NCBI GenBank assembly: GCA_000146045.2
Contig: BK006948.2
Location: 32,001 to 96,000 of the forward strand
Length of the DNA: 64,000 bases
Reading direction: 5' to 3'
Source: TPA_inf: Saccharomyces
Lineage: Eukaryota
Shown here: piece after piece, positions 33,621 to 46,114 of the stretch
Layout: each line of letters opens with the position of its first letter
Numbering within the stretch: the stretch's first letter is position 1
Notes under the pieces: model-generated
The model's database searches: none
What the model was told of the DNA's origin: nothing
What the model saw: only the letters and a program-made list of their open reading frames with translations
Position numbers and translations under genes: made by a program

Positions 33621-35114
33621 ATGGATGCTTCCTCGGTTCCACCAAAGGTAGATGATTATGGAATGTATACAACTGAAATTTCACATCATAACCCAATAGA
33701 GTTGAAAAATCTGCTATCATCATCAGACTCCAGAAGAAATTCTCAAGATGAAGATAGTCTACCTAACAATACAAACTTAATCAAAGAAATTGACTGGCAG
33801 GGCGAGAAAGTTAAAACATATCCACTAAACTATCAAACTGTACCACTAGTAAAGCTGCAGGTGATAGCATGCTTGATTATGTTCGTAGTCTTTGGTATGA
33901 ACGATCAAACAGTAGGTGCACTACTTCCTACGCTAATTGAATACTATCATATATCGCGGGTAGATGTCTCAAACGTATTTATAGTCCAATTATGTGGTTA
34001 TGTGATGGCGTCTTTATCAAAAGAGAGATTGAATAAGCACTTTGGTATGAGAGGTGGTATGCTTCTAGCAGCTGGTTTGTGTATAGTATTTCTTATCATT
34101 TTAGCAACTGCACCTTCTAGTTTCTATGTTTGTATGTTTTGTGGCCTTCCTCTTGGTTTAGGGATCGGCATCTTAGATTCTACCGGTAATGTTTTAATGG
34201 GCAGTCTTTTAGTCCATAAGAATGAACTCATGGGTATCATGCATGGTCTTTACGGGGCAGCAGCTATGGTTACTCCTCCCTTAGTTTCATATTTTGTTGA
34301 ATGGGGTCATTGGTCTCTTTTTTTCCTTATTCCTCTGTTCTTTTCTATAATAGGCATGATTGTAATCTTCCCAGCTTTTAAATTTGAAACTGCAAGTAAA
34401 TACGACTACCTCTGCTCTGTGGAAAACAAAGAAAGCAACAATGATGTGGAAGAAGCGGGTGATAACTCGCTGATGGAATCTACCAAGGCGAGCCCAGGAT
34501 TTTTTGAACTTTTAAGAAATCCTGCTATTTTCTTGTACTCATTGTATTTGTTCCTTTACTTAGGTGCTGAAATTACAACTGGTTCATGGTTCTTTAGTTA
34601 TTTATTGGAAACTAAATCAAGTAATAAGGTTGCTATGTCATACATAGCGGCATCGTTTTGGACAGGTTTGACTGTAGGCAGGTTGTGTCTAGGATTTGTT
34701 ACTGAAAGATTCTTCGAAAACGAGTATAAAGCAAGCAAAGCGTACGCTTTTTTAACTCTATCTTCATACACCTTATTTGTGCTTGTTGGGTTGATCAATT
34801 CAAGCTCAGTTTTCTATTTCGTCGTGTTATTTTTTGTTGTTTTTTGTTGTGGTACGTTTATCGGACCATTATTCCCAAACGCAAGTATAGTTGCATTACA
34901 AGTATTGCCCAAAAGACTACATGTGAGCGGGGTTGGGGTTGCCGTCGCCGTTGGTGGTTGTGGTGGTGCAGCCATTCCATATTTGGCTGGAGTTATTGCA
35001 CACACAGTGGGAATCCAGTATATCCCACTATTGTGTTGGATTATGGTTGCGTTATTTACATTGGAATGGACATTGTATCCTAAATTCATAAAAGGGCATG
35101 AAGAATATTTTTAG
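33621..35114 (+). CDS. BSC6: Putative MFS-type multi-pass membrane protein (YOL137W), 497 aa
   Basis: Complete ORF. 10-12 hydrophobic segments. Recognised as Bsc6. Confidence 0.8.
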   Translation: MDASSVPPKVDDYGMYTTEISHHNPIELKNLLSSSDSRRNSQDEDSLPNNTNLIKEIDWQGEKVKTYPLNYQTVPLVKLQVIACLIMFVVFGMNDQTVGALLPTLIEYYHISRVDVSNVFIVQLCGYVMASLSKERLNKHFGMRGGMLLAAGLCIVFLIILATAPSSFYVCMFCGLPLGLGIGILDSTGNVLMGSLLVHKNELMGIMHGLYGAAAMVTPPLVSYFVEWGHWSLFFLIPLFFSIIGMIVIFPAFKFETASKYDYLCSVENKESNNDVEEAGDNSLMESTKASPGFFELLRNPAIFLYSLYLFLYLGAEITTGSWFFSYLLETKSSNKVAMSYIAASFWTGLTVGRLCLGFVTERFFENEYKASKAYAFLTLSSYTLFVLVGLINSSSVFYFVVLFFVVFCCGTFIGPLFPNASIVALQVLPKRLHVSGVGVAVAVGGCGGAAIPYLAGVIAHTVGIQYIPLLCWIMVALFTLEWTLYPKFIKGHEEYF

Positions 35115-35560
35115 TTTCAGAAACGCCATCGGTGCCAGTGCATTGCAACTAATTCCAAAATTAGAAAAATAAAGCTGTTGAATAATTGTAACAGAAAGAT
35201 AGAAAGGCGGAAGATAAAAGGAACTTCAGACAACATATGGAACTTTTTGATATATAGTATACATAATGACACTCTTGGTCGTTTACAAATAGATAGAATT
35301 TTAAGGAAAAAGTAATACTATCTGAAGTCTATAAAGAGCTTTTGAAAGCTGCTTCAGTAGTGCAAAAAAAGTGTATAGTAGCCTTTTCAAGATAACATAA
35401 TGTAACTAGCGGTACCAAGGAAACTGTAAAAGAATAGAAAAACATGCGAAAAGGTCGTAAAAATGGTCATTAAAAGGCGGGAGGTAGATGGAGTTCTGGA
35501 GAGGATCATAAATATAATAAAGGAGTACCGATATTCAACTCCCGTATGGTAAAGTATCAG

Positions 35561-36754
35561 TCAAGCAAATCCGTTGCTTTCAATTAGGCTCTGCAAATCA
35601 TCAAAAAATTTATCATTAACAACAGAGTCTAGTGTAGTTAAAGTTTCCTCTGAGCTATTTCCAAAACTTTCAAAAAACAATTTAACAGCTTCGATGTATT
35701 CAAAACCAAACATCTGAGAATAGTGATTGATGAAATTTTCAATAACCATAATGGTGTCCCTAATTTGCTTGCCGCAGGTTGAAGGGTAATGACTTTGATT
35801 TAAAGAATGTGGCTCAACGACGCCCGCATTAATAACATTGAAGAAAAATAAGCTCGTATCGATTTCTTCATGTTGGCTGATATATCGATGGATTTGATTG
35901 AACTCATCAAGGGAGAAAGGTGTAAACTGCGAATAGTAATGTTTTAATCTCTTTGCAAAATCTTTGATGGCAAGTTCATAAGGTTTGTCTAAGTAGTCTT
36001 CATTAAACGATTTATTGTGGATATTGTATTTGATAAAGCTTCTGTTAAAACATGACACCTGTAAGATTATGGGCACCAAATTGAAACTAGAAAGCTCATC
36101 TGTATTGAACGAACAAACCTCCTCAAATATAAATCTTCTTCTTTCGATGGTCGAATTTGTGGCGTCGAAGATTCCCACGTCACATTCATCGTTGTTGATT
36201 TCGTGAAACAACTTTTGCAAAGTGATCCTGGCATACGTTTCCTTTTTATCGTTATTTTTCGGATTAAATAAGTCTTCCGAAGATGTATTCGACAAAAGCA
36301 AAGGCTTTGAAATGGTAGCACAACTGATTTGCCTTCTTATCTTACCAGCATTAAAAACTTTACAGCGTAATGAATTAGTTAGCGGATTGTTCTTCAAACA
36401 TTGAATTAAATGAGAAGAAATGGTAGACTTCCCAGTAGCTGGTAGCCCAATCAAAACAATCATAAACTTGTTAACTTTTCCATTTGTATACGTAGGGTCT
36501 GCATTGTCTCTTTTGTAATTCAGTGTAATGGGTAAGTGTAACGGGTCGTTAGAAATAAACCTTGGGACCTCTGTAGACAGCAGTGAACTTTTGTGATTAT
36601 CGAAAAAAACAGAATCTTGACAATCTAAAGTGGCTCTGTCGAGAGATGCGCTTGAATAGCTGTTACCGGTGTTAAGTGAAAAAAGAGAATTCGAGGAATT
36701 ATATTCGGAAGTCAAATATCCATCGTGAGAGTCTGAATCGGAAGAACCACCCAT
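35561..36754 (-). CDS. PFK27: 6-phosphofructo-2-kinase (YOL136C), 397 aa
   Basis: ORF recognised. P-loop GLPATGKST. Start at MGGSSDSD, Met3 of the ORF. Confidence 0.85.
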
Positions 36755-37375
36755 TTTCAAACTTCCAGCGGAAAAAACGCGTTCGTTATCCCTTTTCTTC
36801 CTTTTCCTTATATCTAAAATATTAAAAATCGCGTAAGGTAATTTGTTTCGAGGGCAGTGGAACTTGAAGCCAAATAAGAAGTATAAGTACTGGGCTCTCC
36901 TAGTATTTCCGGTTTAGTGTTACTCGTATATGAGCGTATCAGACTTTTTAACACCCTCTAAAAAAGCAAATAAGTTGGTTTGCTGTGGCACCAAAATAAG
37001 CGAAAACACCTTTGTTTAGAGCACGTCTTCTTTTATATAAGCCAATCTTCCACACGAAAAACCGAGTAATCCAATTTACTTTTTCTACTTTTTTTTCATT
37101 ATCAATCGATTCAGATGCCCAGAGAAGAAAAAGAAAAAAAAGGAAAACAATTTCCGTTGCAGACTCATCTGTGCGCGATTTCTGTGAAAAGGTGGGGCAC
37201 TTGTGCCTGGAATCTCGGAAATACGTCAATTAATTTTTGGTATATATTCCGATAAGCTATAGTTCGTATTTTTCCGTTCCGAGGGAGGTGTACGGGTGGA
37301 CTACCACGTGCCTACTATACGCTATACGGTAGTTGAAAATGTATATAGTTACACAAATGATTTATAATAGTGTGG

Positions 37376-38044
37376 TCATTGGGACGACGATGGAGGAGAT
37401 TGTGATCCGGTTCTTAAGGTGTCCTGTATGCTGGTGAGTTTGTCGTGTACCTGTTTGCATACTTGCTCGATCTCGCGAATTTCCCCGCGCTTGTATTCTA
37501 ATTGTTCTTCCAATAGCATAATAAGGGACTCTCGGGACTGATGGGGTCTGTACTCATTAAGTAGGTGGTGAATATTGACAAGAATGGTCCTTATGTTCTC
37601 CACTTTGCGCTCATACATATCCGGATTTATGCTCAATACGCCGATGAGTTCCAAGTAATTTAGCAGGAGGGATTTCAATAGTTTGCGTAGCTCTTGGATT
37701 TTGTATTGATAATTTGTGCTTTCGTTTTCTGTGGATTTCTTATAAAGTTGGGTGAGTCCCATGCTCTCTAAATCGGGCAGTTGGTCCTTCACCTGCCATA
37801 TACTCCCAAACGCTCGGTACTGCTGATTTTTGGGCATGGGGGGTGGGATTAGGTAATCTAGCGCACATGTAATCTCCTCTTCACTGCCGCCGTTACTGTT
37901 ATTTGGAGCCGTCTGCTTCGCACTTGCGGCCTTCTTTTCTTTGTATTTTGGTAATTTTTCCAGATTGGACTGTGTGAAAAACTTCACGTATGGGGGTGGA
38001 GGTGGGTACAAGGAGCTAACCTCATTACCAGGATCATTGGACAT
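37376..38044 (-). CDS. MED7: Mediator middle-module subunit Med7 (YOL135C), 222 aa
   Basis: Complete ORF recognised. Confidence 0.9.
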   Translation of the reverse strand: MSNDPGNEVSSLYPPPPPYVKFFTQSNLEKLPKYKEKKAASAKQTAPNNSNGGSEEEITCALDYLIPPPMPKNQQYRAFGSIWQVKDQLPDLESMGLTQLYKKSTENESTNYQYKIQELRKLLKSLLLNYLELIGVLSINPDMYERKVENIRTILVNIHHLLNEYRPHQSRESLIMLLEEQLEYKRGEIREIEQVCKQVHDKLTSIQDTLRTGSQSPPSSSQ

Positions 38045-38155
38045 TTTTAGTTTGTGAATTTTTTTTTTACTAGCTTAAATTTGGGATATGAAACCTCTTT
38101 TATGTCATATTTGCACGTCTAATGACCTGCCTGCTGAAAATGCAAGATTCGTTGT

Positions 38156-38554
38156 TTAAGTTCTAACTAACATTTCGTATTTCGTGATAATAGTTTCTTT
38201 TAAAGGTGTGAAGAGGGAGATCATGAAACCCACAATAGACGTATGGGCTTCAATATGTGCAATGTTGGTTGCTACTAAATGTCTTTCTCCAGTGGCAGAG
38301 AACTTTAAAGAGAAATAGTTCAACATGAGCAACGAAGTTGACAGGATGGATGTTGATGAAGATGAATCGCAAAATATTGCGCAAAGCTCAAACCAAAGTG
38401 CGCCAGTGGAAACCAAAAAGAAGAGATTTGAAATTAAGAAATGGACCGCAGTGGCGTTTTGGTCATGGGATATAGCTGTTGACAACTGTGCTATTTGCAG
38501 GAACCATATAATGGAACCATGCATTGAATGCCAGCCAAAGGCCATGACGGACAC
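38156..38554 (-). CDS. Dubious ORF (YOL134C-like) antisense to HRT1. Probably not expressed as protein.
   Basis: 132-aa ORF almost entirely overlapping the conserved HRT1 CDS on the opposite strand. Confidence 0.1.
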   Translation of the reverse strand: MSVMAFGWHSMHGSIIWFLQIAQLSTAISHDQNATAVHFLISNLFFLVSTGALWFELCAIFCDSSSSTSILSTSLLMLNYFSLKFSATGERHLVATNIAHIEAHTSIVGFMISLFTPLKETIITKYEMLVRT

Positions 38555-38690
38555 TGATAATGAATGTGTAGCAGCCTGGGGTGTCTGTAATCACGCTTTC
38601 CATTTGCACTGTATTAATAAATGGATCAAGACAAGAGACGCATGCCCATTAGATAACCAACCTTGGCAGTTAGCAAGATGCGGTAGGTGA
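38325..38690 (+). CDS. HRT1: RING-box protein Rbx1/Roc1 of SCF/cullin-RING E3 ligases (YOL133W), 121 aa
   Basis: Complete ORF. RING-H2 Cys/His pattern (CAICRNHIM...C...H.FH..CI..W) recognised. Confidence 0.93.
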   Translation: MSNEVDRMDVDEDESQNIAQSSNQSAPVETKKKRFEIKKWTAVAFWSWDIAVDNCAICRNHIMEPCIECQPKAMTDTDNECVAAWGVCNHAFHLHCINKWIKTRDACPLDNQPWQLARCGR

Positions 38691-39299
38691 AAAAATGAAT
38701 TGCCCGTAAACATTTAAATCATACCGAGGTAGAAGGATTATGGCATGTTCCTTTTTTTTTAGAGTATGTCAACTGGCGCAGTAGATACATGTTTTTCTCT
38801 TCCACGTCGAATTTTGTTATATACATAGCATAATCGAGTTGTATGCACCCTTTTTGTTTATCTCGTTAGTAACTCGGGGTAGGAATAAGACATCCACAAA
38901 GGTGACAGAACAAAATCATCCTAGCCTTGTTCATAATCTACCTCTATATAGCCGCTAAAAAATTAGTAGTATTTTGACTCTTTAAGAGCACATTTATTAT
39001 CAGGCTGCTTTTACATACTTCTTTTGTTTAAAACATTTAAAGACGATCACTGCCCTTCCAAAGGACAAATATATATACACAAACACTAGGCCAAAAGTTC
39101 ACTTATAATAATTTAGTGGTAATTATGTTGGGTAAAGAAATTGCCAATAGTCTTTTTTTTCCGTATTGTAAGGTGAGACTGAGGTAGCGGCACAAAAAAA
39201 CGACACATAATAGGATACTGAGTAAAGCAGTATTAAAATAAAAAAATATATTTTACCTCGAACGCTACAAATAAAGCAGAAAAGAACAAAATCGTGAGC

Positions 39300-40715
39300 A
39301 TGATGGTTTTTTCGAGCACCTTTATTTTTCTAATTTTGGAGTTAGTTGTACTGTGTGAAGCTTCAGTCCACACCATTCAAATTAAGGACAAGCATTTCGT
39401 TGACACAGTGACTGGAAAACCATTCTTCATCAAAGGTGTGGATTATCAGCCAGGAGGCTCTTCCGACGTTAGTGAAAAGCAGGATCCGTTATCCAATCCA
39501 GATGCATGCGCTCGTGATATTTTATTATTTCAAGAATTGGGAATAAACACAGTAAGAATTTATTCTATAAACCCGGACCTGAACCATGATGCGTGCATGA
39601 CTATGCTCGCAATGGCAGGTATCTATCTTATATTGGATGTCAATTCCCCATTGCAAAACCAGCACTTAAACAGATATGAACCTTGGACTACCTATAATGA
39701 AGTTTATTTAGAACACGTTTTCAAGGTTGTCGAACAATTTTCTCATTACAATAATACTTTAGGATTTTTTGCTGGGAATGAAATTGTAAACGACAAAAGA
39801 TCAGCACAATATTCTCCTGCCTATGTCAAGGAGTTGATTGGAACTATGAAGAATTACATAAGCGCACACTCGCCCAGAACAATTCCGGTAGGTTACTCTG
39901 CTGCAGATGACCTGAACTATAGGGTATCACTGTCCGAATATTTGGAGTGTAAAGATGATGATAAGCCAGAGAATAGCGTTGATTTTTACGGAGTTAACTC
40001 CTACCAATGGTGTGGCCAACAAACTATGCAAACTTCAGGGTACGATACATTGGTGGATGCTTACAGGAGCTATTCCAAGCCAGTTTTTTTTTCAGAATTT
40101 GGATGCAATAAAGTATTGCCAAGGCAATTCCAGGAAATAGGTTATTTGTTTTCTGAGGAGATGTATTCAGTATTCTGTGGAGGTCTGGTTTACGAATTTT
40201 CACAGGAGGATAATAATTATGGGTTAGTTGAATATCAAGAAGATGATTCAGTACAGCTCTTAGCAGATTTTGAGAAGCTTAAATCGCACTACCAAAACAT
40301 TGAGTTTCCTTCTATGAAGACTTTAAAGGAAACTGTTCAGATGGAGGAGACGCCATCATGTGCGGAAGATTATGAAAATTTGAAGATTGAATCTAAAATT
40401 GCTAAAAATTTAGGAAGTTCTTTGATAAAAAAAGGCGTGAAAGTTGAAAAAGGCAAATACATAGATATTCACGAGGATCAGCTGTCCACCAATGTCACGA
40501 TTTTAGACAAGCATGGTGACAGATGGAATGGGCCCAAAAAGATTGAAATTAGGCAAAGCCTGACATTGGCAGACCTGGAAGGAGAAGAACAAGAAGACGC
40601 AGATGAAGACAAAGATGATTTAAAACGAAAACACCGGAATTCTGCCTCTATTTCCGGCCCATTGTTACCTCTTGGGTTGTGTTTGCTTTTTTTTACTTTT
40701 AGTTTATTTTTTTAG
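39300..40715 (+). CDS. GAS4: GPI-anchored beta-1,3-glucanosyltransferase, GH72, sporulation-specific (YOL132W), 471 aa
   Basis: ORF recognised. Signal peptide and hydrophobic C-terminal GPI signal. Start at MMVFSS, Met3. The alternative start at 39294 gives 473 aa. Confidence 0.85.
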   Translation: MMVFSSTFIFLILELVVLCEASVHTIQIKDKHFVDTVTGKPFFIKGVDYQPGGSSDVSEKQDPLSNPDACARDILLFQELGINTVRIYSINPDLNHDACMTMLAMAGIYLILDVNSPLQNQHLNRYEPWTTYNEVYLEHVFKVVEQFSHYNNTLGFFAGNEIVNDKRSAQYSPAYVKELIGTMKNYISAHSPRTIPVGYSAADDLNYRVSLSEYLECKDDDKPENSVDFYGVNSYQWCGQQTMQTSGYDTLVDAYRSYSKPVFFSEFGCNKVLPRQFQEIGYLFSEEMYSVFCGGLVYEFSQEDNNYGLVEYQEDDSVQLLADFEKLKSHYQNIEFPSMKTLKETVQMEETPSCAEDYENLKIESKIAKNLGSSLIKKGVKVEKGKYIDIHEDQLSTNVTILDKHGDRWNGPKKIEIRQSLTLADLEGEEQEDADEDKDDLKRKHRNSASISGPLLPLGLCLLFFTFSLFF

Positions 40716-41030
40716 ACTTTAATGTCGTTCTCCCTTTTTAAAGAGTAAATACATATTTAAAAAAGTGACTATGGCTATTGCTAAACGTGATAAAAATCAG
40801 AGCCTATAACACTCTCTGAAATAACGCTATGCAGGAATTTCCAGTTAAGTTCTTCTTGGGGTGACTTCTTTACTCGGTATGATATGTGTTTTATATGCAC
40901 AGTACGAGTCCATTAGGGTAAATTAGTGGCCGAGAAACTTTTGCCGCCGAGCTTTTAAGTATCCTTTTGCCACTTCTTATTTAGATAAAGACCTGGCAGT
41001 AGTAGTCGTAGAAGATAAGATAGACAGAGA

Positions 41031-41357
41031 ATGAATACTAATAAGATAGCACAAGACGAAGTCCAAGATAAGGTTTTGCAAAGAGCAGAACTAGCACATT
41101 CTGTATGGAACTTAAGGTTCAACCTCAGTAAAGTTGCCAAACGGATTCGCATGGAAACAAAGGTATTTCCAGAGATAAAGATAAATGACGCGCAATCACA
41201 GTTAGAGCGATCTAGGTGTAGAATATTTAGCCCTGACCTGGAGGAAGAACATGTGCCCTTGATTCAAGGCTTTAAATGTTTGGATTCACCCCCTCCCGTT
41301 CCACCAAGCTCATCGCAGGGGGAGGATGAAGAGAACACGGTAGATTCGCAATACTAG
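41031..41357 (+). CDS. Small uncharacterised protein (YOL131W-like), 108 aa, with an acidic Pro/Ser-rich C-terminus
   Basis: Free-standing ORF in an otherwise empty interval. Matches my recollection of YOL131W. No recognisable domain. Confidence 0.5.
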   Translation: MNTNKIAQDEVQDKVLQRAELAHSVWNLRFNLSKVAKRIRMETKVFPEIKINDAQSQLERSRCRIFSPDLEEEHVPLIQGFKCLDSPPPVPPSSSQGEDEENTVDSQY

Positions 41358-42399
41358 GAAATTAGAACCGAATCAAAATAGTTCCGATCCTAACTTTTCT
41401 ACTAATCTTTGAGATTTTATCTCATTAACTCTTTGACCAAGCTATGAAATGCGTAAGATGAACTTTTGTTTGAGAGTGTTAAGTATTTAGGCGTCTACGC
41501 TATGATAGCCTCACTCTAGGACGACTGCTTTTTTGGAACAACTTGTTGTTCTCCGATGGTATATTGTGTGTTTATGTATTGTTCTACGTACTCCTCCGTC
41601 TCTTTTTCGAGGGCAACGCTTTGAACTAGTATTTTCCGTTATAGTATGTCCCCCCTATATGCAACCCCTTGAATGGACGAATCTCTAAAATATACAACCT
41701 TTTCCTCTATAGGAAACAAGTAGGGTCTTCTACGCTAAGGATTACATAACGCATGTATCAAAAACTGATTTTAATTGATTAATTTCAAAATGTCAGCGTA
41801 GGTTCACCTAGACTTGTTTTATAGCTCCATTCAACTGGCGGTAGACACAACTAAAGCCAAAAATTGCCTAAAAATTTCAGTACTCTGGCAGCATCTACTC
41901 ATTTAATTGCCGTAATACATGGGACTCAATGATCCTTAATATGCTAAATGCTACCCCTCCTTTTTTCTTTTTTATTCCTCATAAAATTGCAAATATCGCA
42001 AGCACGTTTTTACTCAGCCCGTCCGCTTTGAGATACAAAAACGATATCTGAAATTAAAATTTTCTCTGGAACATGGTCCATCGAACTAATTATGCATAAT
42101 AACGTACGTTCCTATCCTATGAACACTTTTCTTTTTCTGGATAAACTGACTTAACAGTAGAAAACGTAGTGTGCAAGGCCATCCTTCAATATAGACTCAA
42201 AATTAGAAAGAGTGCCCTGATTAGTTGAGTTTTTCCTTCTATAAGCAAGAAAAATATCATCCTGACAAGAGACAGGTATTATATAAAATATTTCTACATG
42301 GAAGTATACTGTTAGTTGAACATAAATTCAACAAAAGGATACCATTACTTCTTCTCAAAGATCATCGAATATTGCTAGAAAGCGTAAAAGCATTTTACC

Positions 42400-44979
42400 A
42401 TGTCATCATCCTCAAGTTCATCAGAGTCATCGCCTAATTTATCGCGGTCAAACTCACTGGCTAACACGATGGTTTCCATGAAAACAGAAGACCATACGGG
42501 ATTGTACGACCATAGGCAGCACCCTGACTCACTGCCGGTCCGTCACCAACCTCCAACATTGAAGAACAAGGAAATTGCTAAGTCCACTAAACCTTCTATT
42601 CCTAAGGAGCAGAAGAGTGCAACGAGATACAACAGCCATGTGGATGTGGGAAGCGTACCCAGTAGGGGCCGCATGGATTTTGAAGATGAAGGGCAGGGTA
42701 TGGATGAAACGGTTGCTCATCATCAATTGAGGGCATCTGCCATTTTAACTTCTAACGCGAGGCCTTCCAGACTAGCCCACTCCATGCCACATCAAAGGCA
42801 GCTTTATGTGGAAAGTAATATACACACACCACCAAAGGATGTAGGTGTAAAGAGAGACTATACTATGTCATCTTCTACTGCATCATCAGGTAACAAATCC
42901 AAGCTGAGCGCATCTTCCTCGGCAAGTCCTATTACGAAGGTTAGAAAATCTTCGCTGGTCAGTCCTGTTCTTGAGATCCCACACGAATCGAAATCTGATA
43001 CACACTCCAAGCTGGCTAAACCCAAGAAGAGGACATATTCTACCACATCTGCGCATTCATCTATCAATCCCGCAGTTTTACTGACGAAAAGCACATCCCA
43101 AAAATCGGATGCAGATGATGATACATTGGAAAGAAAACCAGTACGTATGAATACTAGAGCTTCTTTTGATAGTGACGTATCACAGGCGTCGAGAGATTCT
43201 CAAGAGACGGAAGAAGATGTTTGTTTCCCTATGCCACCACAATTGCATACCAGAGTTAACGGTATAGATTTCGATGAACTGGAAGAGTACGCTCAGTTTG
43301 CAAACGCGGAGAAGAGTCAATTTTTGGCAAGTCTGCAAGTGCCCAACGAACAGAAGTACAGTAACGTTTCTCAGGATATCGGGTTTACCAGCTCTACTTC
43401 CACTTCGGGATCATCAGCTGCCCTAAAATATACACCAAGAGTTTCGCAGACTGGTGAAAAGAGCGAGAGTACCAATGAAACAGAAATCCATGAAAAGAAG
43501 GAAGACGAGCATGAGAAAATCAAGCCTAGTTTACACCCTGGTATATCTTTCGGTAAAAATAAAGTTGAAGGGGAAGAGAATGAAAACATTCCATCCAATG
43601 ACCCGGCGTATTGCTCTTACCAGGGTACAGACTTTCAAATTCCTAATAGATTTTCTTTTTTCTGTTCCGAATCTGATGAAACCGTTCATGCTAGTGATAT
43701 CCCTTCCTTAGTGTCTGAGGGACAAACATTCTATGAATTATTCAGGGGAGGTGAGCCAACATGGTGGTTAGATTGTAGTTGTCCAACTGATGATGAAATG
43801 CGTTGCATAGCAAAGGCGTTTGGTATCCATCCATTGACTGCAGAAGATATCAGAATGCAAGAAACACGTGAAAAGGTGGAACTTTTCAAATCGTATTACT
43901 TCGTTTGTTTCCATACCTTTGAAAATGATAAAGAATCAGAGGATTTCCTGGAACCTATTAACGTTTACATTGTTGTCTGTAGGTCAGGTGTTTTAACATT
44001 CCATTTTGGCCCAATATCTCATTGTGCTAATGTCAGAAGGCGTGTAAGACAGTTACGTGACTATGTCAATGTCAATTCAGATTGGTTATGTTATGCTTTA
44101 ATCGATGACATTACTGATAGTTTCGCTCCTGTAATTCAATCTATTGAATATGAAGCAGATGCAATCGAAGATTCTGTGTTCATGGCTCGTGACATGGATT
44201 TTGCAGCAATGTTACAAAGAATTGGTGAAAGTAGGCGTAAGACAATGACGTTGATGAGACTTCTTAGTGGTAAGGCTGATGTTATCAAAATGTTTGCCAA
44301 AAGATGCCAAGATGAAGCTAATGGTATTGGACCGGCACTAACATCTCAAATAAATATTGCTAACTTACAGGCAAGGCAGGATAACGCCAGTCATATCAAA
44401 AATAATAGTTCGACAACTGTACCAAATAATTATGCGCCCACCACATCACAACCGAGGGGGGATATCGCCCTATACTTGGGTGATATTCAAGATCATTTGT
44501 TGACAATGTTTCAAAATTTGCTGGCGTACGAAAAAATTTTTTCTAGATCCCATACAAACTACTTAGCTCAACTGCAAGTGGAATCATTTAATTCTAATAA
44601 TAAAGTGACAGAAATGTTGGGTAAAGTCACCATGATAGGTACAATGCTAGTTCCATTAAATGTTATCACTGGTCTTTTCGGTATGAATGTTAAAGTTCCG
44701 GGGGAGAATTCCAGTATCGCGTGGTGGTTTGGGATATTGGGTGTGCTGCTTTTGCTGGCCGTCCTTGGTTGGTTCTTGGCCAGCTATTGGATTAAAAGAA
44801 TAGACCCTCCTGCAACACTTAACGAGGCCGCTGAAAGTGGAGCCAAATCGGTTATTTCGAGCTTCTTGCCAAAAAGAAACAAGAGATTCAATGATCGTTC
44901 CAAAAATATAAATGTAAGAGCCGGTCCTTCAAACAAATCAGTTGCAAGTCTTCCTAGTAGATATAGCCGCTACGACTGA
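42400..44979 (+). CDS. ALR1: Plasma-membrane Mg2+ transporter of the CorA/MIT family (YOL130W), 859 aa
   Basis: Complete ORF. C-terminal two TM helices with the GMN signature (LFGMNVKVPG). Long Ser-rich N-terminal extension. Confidence 0.92.
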   Translation: MSSSSSSSESSPNLSRSNSLANTMVSMKTEDHTGLYDHRQHPDSLPVRHQPPTLKNKEIAKSTKPSIPKEQKSATRYNSHVDVGSVPSRGRMDFEDEGQGMDETVAHHQLRASAILTSNARPSRLAHSMPHQRQLYVESNIHTPPKDVGVKRDYTMSSSTASSGNKSKLSASSSASPITKVRKSSLVSPVLEIPHESKSDTHSKLAKPKKRTYSTTSAHSSINPAVLLTKSTSQKSDADDDTLERKPVRMNTRASFDSDVSQASRDSQETEEDVCFPMPPQLHTRVNGIDFDELEEYAQFANAEKSQFLASLQVPNEQKYSNVSQDIGFTSSTSTSGSSAALKYTPRVSQTGEKSESTNETEIHEKKEDEHEKIKPSLHPGISFGKNKVEGEENENIPSNDPAYCSYQGTDFQIPNRFSFFCSESDETVHASDIPSLVSEGQTFYELFRGGEPTWWLDCSCPTDDEMRCIAKAFGIHPLTAEDIRMQETREKVELFKSYYFVCFHTFENDKESEDFLEPINVYIVVCRSGVLTFHFGPISHCANVRRRVRQLRDYVNVNSDWLCYALIDDITDSFAPVIQSIEYEADAIEDSVFMARDMDFAAMLQRIGESRRKTMTLMRLLSGKADVIKMFAKRCQDEANGIGPALTSQINIANLQARQDNASHIKNNSSTTVPNNYAPTTSQPRGDIALYLGDIQDHLLTMFQNLLAYEKIFSRSHTNYLAQLQVESFNSNNKVTEMLGKVTMIGTMLVPLNVITGLFGMNVKVPGENSSIAWWFGILGVLLLLAVLGWFLASYWIKRIDPPATLNEAAESGAKSVISSFLPKRNKRFNDRSKNINVRAGPSNKSVASLPSRYSRYD

Positions 44980-45559
44980 TTAGTGATGTGATAAAGATAG
45001 AAGATTTAAGTCACAGAGGCGTGCATCTACGATTTTGGCGTTTCACATTTTTTACACTTAAATTTTAGTGATCTAGCCGTGACCTTGGCAGCAGTTTCCA
45101 AAATCATTCCATGACCATGTCATGCTTAAGAACGTTAGACCCAGAACAAGTGGACCTGTATTCTAACTCTTCACTCTTGGGCAAAGATAATAGTATTATC
45201 TTTTACCCCATTTTTTGTATGTTTTTTCGTTTATTGAGTTTGGCGTTTCCTATTTAGAAATAGTACAATCCGGTCAATCATTCGATAGTGAAATATATAT
45301 ATTTAACTAGGAAAATTAGTAAAACCTCATTTAAAGATCATTCACCTTGATATATACTACTATTGACCTTTTGTTAATGACCATTTTCGTAAAAATGAAC
45401 TGCGATTCTCTTCTGGAATTTGTTACCCTACCTTATTCACTAAATCAGAAATAATAATGTGCAGCGCCCCTTTCATAAAGAAGGCAAGTATAGGGCATAT
45501 AGTTAAAGGTCAGAACTCTTTATCCCCAACTACAAGATCAATTAGAAAATCACATCATC

Positions 45560-46114
45560 ATGGAGGCAGATGATCATGTTAGCTTATTTCGCTTCCCCTT
45601 CAAGATTCCCACCTTTCGTGGTATAAGAAAAGGTGGGGTCTATCTTTCAGGTGCTCTCTATGCTCTAGGCTTTTGGATATTTCTAGACGCAGTGCTCTAT
45701 TCTAGATATTCCAATGCATCAGATGTTCATGTTACGTTCATTGACTGGATTCCTTTTCTTTGCAGCACACTGGGAACATTGATTGTGAATTCTATTGAAA
45801 AGAATAGATTATTGCAGGGAGCTTTATCGTCAGATGGTGGTGCCTTCGGTAGTGGTGTAGGCGATTTAGATTCAAGCATGGCATGGCAAGCTCGAACCGT
45901 TTTATTTTTTGGCTTTGCTTTATTAGCTGGTGGGCTATCAGGCTCCATTGTCGTGTTGATCATCAAATTTTTAGTCAAGGATTACAATACCTATCCAACT
46001 TTGGGGATGGGAGTAAACAATGTGTTGGGGAATGTATGCATATTATTGAGTTGCGTTGTTTTATGGATAGCCCAAAATGTTGAAGATGAATATTCATATT
46101 CTTTGACGCTCTAA
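45560..46114 (+). CDS. VPS68: Vacuolar membrane protein Vps68 (YOL129W), 184 aa, 4 TM segments
   Basis: Complete ORF recognised. Confidence 0.88.
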   Translation: MEADDHVSLFRFPFKIPTFRGIRKGGVYLSGALYALGFWIFLDAVLYSRYSNASDVHVTFIDWIPFLCSTLGTLIVNSIEKNRLLQGALSSDGGAFGSGVGDLDSSMAWQARTVLFFGFALLAGGLSGSIVVLIIKFLVKDYNTYPTLGMGVNNVLGNVCILLSCVVLWIAQNVEDEYSYSLTL

